NCBI GenBank assembly: GCA_964187785.1
Contig: OZ076409.1
Coordinates: 59,768,001-59,832,000 of the forward strand
Source: Amphiscolops sp. MND2022
Taxonomy: Eukaryota
Length of the DNA stretch: 64,000 nucleotides
Direction of reading: 5' to 3'
Shown: piece after piece, positions 60,940 through 64,000 of the stretch
Layout of the letters: each line of letters starts with the position of its first letter
Position numbering within the stretch: the stretch's first letter is position 1
Made by a program: the position numbers and the translations under genes
Notes under the pieces: generated by a model
What the model was told of the DNA's origin: nothing
The model's input: the letters and a program-made list of their open reading frames with translations, nothing else
Databases searched by the model: none

Positions 60940-63900
60940 TTTTGTTTACTTCCTTGTCTCCACTCGCACCCAAATTTTTCGTCAATGGCGTCCTGGCTCC
61001 TGTATCGGTGGGCGTGGAACACTGATCACTCTCTTCGAAAGATGGACACTTTTCCAGCACTTCTTGGGACGCGTTTCTCAAAGCCAGTAAAGATCCCTTG
61101 CGGTTTTTGGCGGGTGAAATTGAAGCCGTTTCACCAGTTTTGACTGCACTTTTCTCGGGAGACTTGGGTTTCTTGTCCGAAATTTTCTCGTGGCTGGTTT
61201 TTATTTCGGTTGTCTGGGCTAAATCTAATTTCATGTCCTTTTCTTTGCCTTTAGCTTCAGATTTTGAAGGTTTTTGAAGCGGTTCATTTTGGTCAGGTTT
61301 AAACTTAGCCAAACTTTCTTTCGCGGGCTCAAGTTCATTGTTTTTAATCGGCTCCTTTTTGCTTCCAGTTTCATTTTTGACCAAATTGGGTTTTGATTGC
61401 GCTTGGCGTTCAAGTTTTGGTGAACTTTTGGGACTTTGCTTCAATTTACTTTCAGTTTTCTTTTCCGAGTCAGCTTTGGTATTTTCTTTCACTTCAGCAG
61501 AAAGAGATTTTTGATCCGCTGAATTGTCCAATTTCTTGTCAGGTTCGTTTTTCAATGCAACTTTGGGCTCGCTTTTATCCTCATTTCCATCTTTGGAGAC
61601 ATTGGTTTTTGTTTGTCGTTTCAATGCAGGCGACCCTTTAGGACTTTTTTCTAGCATACTTTCGTTTCCAACTTTTGTCACTCCGGTTTTGTTATCTTTT
61701 CTCTTGTTAGACGAATTTTCTTCCTCGGGTAGAGCTTCAGGTTTCATACTTGGTTTCGGGGACCCCGTTTTCTCCATTTTTGACGGACTTTCACTTTTGT
61801 CTTTCCTCAAAGGTTTCTTAGGGAATTCATTGTTTTTATCGCTATTATTCTTCGAAGAATTGCTTTTATTTTCTTCCGTAGATTTATTTGACACTCTACT
61901 CGTTTCTGCTGGACTATCAGTGATTTTGCTCAAACCCATGGAAGATTTTCCCTGTTGTTTAGCAGATGCTAAGGCTGACGGTTTTTCAGGATGTGTGTCT
62001 AACAAAGCTGGTTTCGATCGACTCAGCAAGCTGTTTCTCCTCTTTAGGGTTTCAGTTATGGTGACTCTGCAAGTACAAGAAGCAGCGCCAGCTGTGTTTA
62101 TAGCCTTGACCATATAAATACCGGATTGAAGACTTGTAACATTAGGTATTTCCAGCAAAACTTTTCCATTATCTATGGATGTGAATTCGGGAAGTCTTTG
62201 TGAGTCGCGAAACCATTTAATTGAGGGTTCAGGATACCCGGAAACTGAACATTCAAGTTTCAAGTTGTCTCCGCCGAAAAGTCTGACGTCAGAGAGTTTT
62301 TTCGTGAACAAAGGTTTCTTGCAAATTTTGGGGTCAATATCCGATTCGGAGCTCAAGCTCAGTGACGAGGCTTGAGAAGACTTTTCGAGGGATGTTTGGC
62401 TCTTAGCCAATAAGGGTGGAGCTACGTTTACCACCGTTACAGCTGTTGATGACGTAATTTGACCAGCTTTGTTAGACAGCTTGATCTCATACTTTCCTGA
62501 ATGTCTGGTTTTGCAACTTTTAATACTCAGATTGAACTCGTTTCCACTTTGCGCCAAAGTGACATCCATATATGGTTTGATCGTAACACCATTATGATAC
62601 CAAACGCAGTCAGTGGAATTCGAACCCAAGTCATTAGCAGAACAAGACAGTGTTAAGCTCTCGCCAGCCTTCACCTCAACTGATTTTGGGAGCTCTTTCA
62701 TGAAACTTGGTTTTGAAAGCTTCACGGAGGCCCGGCGCTCCAAAATCTTCGGTTTGGCTTCATCTTTATCCTTTTCATCTTTATCATTCACTGAAGTTTT
62801 TCTTGAAGATAGCGGTGTTGGTGTTTTGTCTTGCTTGCCCATTGAAACGGTTCTTGAAAGCTCTTTAGAAACGTCATCGGAGACACTGAGTTTTTTATTC
62901 GTGAGGGACTCAGTGGAACCTTTGGTTGGAGTTCTAGCAATGGTGTTGAATTTGGAATCTCTTCTATCGCCCAACTTATTGGAAGTTGAATCAAACTTAT
63001 CAAGCGTTCGACTTCCGCTATGAAGCGACCTCGGAAGAGCAGCGTTCTCGATTTCGGCTTTAGTTGTTGTTTCGCCGAACATGTTGACTGCTTTTACTAT
63101 ATGGTCACCAAAATGGGTTCCTGTCATTCTATGAATCTCCAAGCTGACTTTTCCATCTTTGATTGTCAGTTTATGATCTCTGGAGTATTTACTAATAGGA
63201 CTTCCGTTGATTGTCCAGGTGTATTGAGCTTCAGGTACTGCTGAAAATTCACACGTTAGTCTCCAATTGGTTCCTTCCATGATTCGATCGTTCTTCAGAG
63301 CTTTCACAATTTTGGGTTTTCCTCCGACTTCGACTTTACACTCTGCAGAAACTTCTCCATAGTTGTTTTTCAACTTGACCGAATAAATTCCCGCCTTTGC
63401 GTTGACCATAGTCATCTCACAAACATTCTCCTGAGTCATAGAAAAAGAAACTTCATTCGGTTTTTCAGCAATTTGTCGTTTGTCCTTGAACCAAAACACG
63501 TCGGGTTCCGGAAATGCATTATACTCGCACCTCAAAACTAGAGAATCGCCAAGGCTGATTCTCATCTGGGTCGGAAACGGGGCAGCAAACTCTGGGCTAC
63601 AACCTACAATGACTTTTGTTACTGTTTCTTGTTGACCAAAGTTGTTTTTTATAACGCAGGTATATTTTCCCGCAAATGTGTAATTTATACTGTCTACATC
63701 AAGAAATATCATGTTGTCGCGGTTTGAAGTTTTGGCTTGCGGGCAAGCTTCTGCAATTGGCTGGTCGTTAAACATCCACTCAACCGACGGGAACGGAAAA
63801 CCTTCAACCTCACTAATCAGTTTCAAAGGTCGACCTTCTGAAATTTTTACCACATCACGCGGTTTTGTAACAAAATTGGGAGGCGCCCCAACTTCTAGAA

Positions 63901-64000
63901 CTGCTTTGCTAATTGCCTCCCCAAAATCATTCACAACCTTGCAAATGTATTCTCCTGCTTGGCTCTCCAAACATCGGCAAACAGTCAAAGACGCCCAGTC
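60940..64000 (-). CDS. Large exon (>3 kb, continues beyond the window) of a titin/obscurin/UNC-89-like protein: ~5 I-set Ig domains plus K/E/S/P-rich low-complexity segments
   Basis: Repeated P.F...(G.P.P.V.W)...(D.G.Y.C...N..G) motifs in the 1025-aa ORF; GTAAGT donor at 60939. Exact orthology cannot be assigned by eye. Confidence 0.9.

Overview
AT-rich, intron-containing animal genomic DNA with one 200-N gap (46814-47013). The backbone is the 3' part of a minus-strand gene for a giant I-set immunoglobulin-repeat protein (titin/obscurin/UNC-89-like); 11 exons could be placed by eye, most with phase-consistent GT-AG junctions, between >64000 and 15708. Its introns and 3' flank hold several transposons. 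(1) Two divergent, defective members of one unusual Ty3/Gypsy LTR-retrotransposon lineage: element 1 (+, 5'-truncated by the window, ends 11383) and element 2 (-, complete, 17096-33235, 16.1 kb, ~1.87-kb LTRs, 5-bp GTTTT TSD). (2) A near-intact CR1/L2-type LINE (36558-40605). (3) Four DINE-1/Helentron-like non-autonomous elements with ~180-bp internal tandem arrays. (4) Several palindromes. The main finding is the shared architecture of the two LTR elements. Gag starts ~590 nt inside the LTR and reads through the PBS. After pol lies a ~1,290-aa ANTISENSE gene with three GT-AG introns conserved in position and phase in both elements; its product looks like a BED-finger, catalytically dead hAT-transposase derivative. 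A divergently oriented sense ORF3 follows and runs into U3. All alignments, counts and domain calls were made by eye with no database search, so family assignments and novelty are inferences to be tested.
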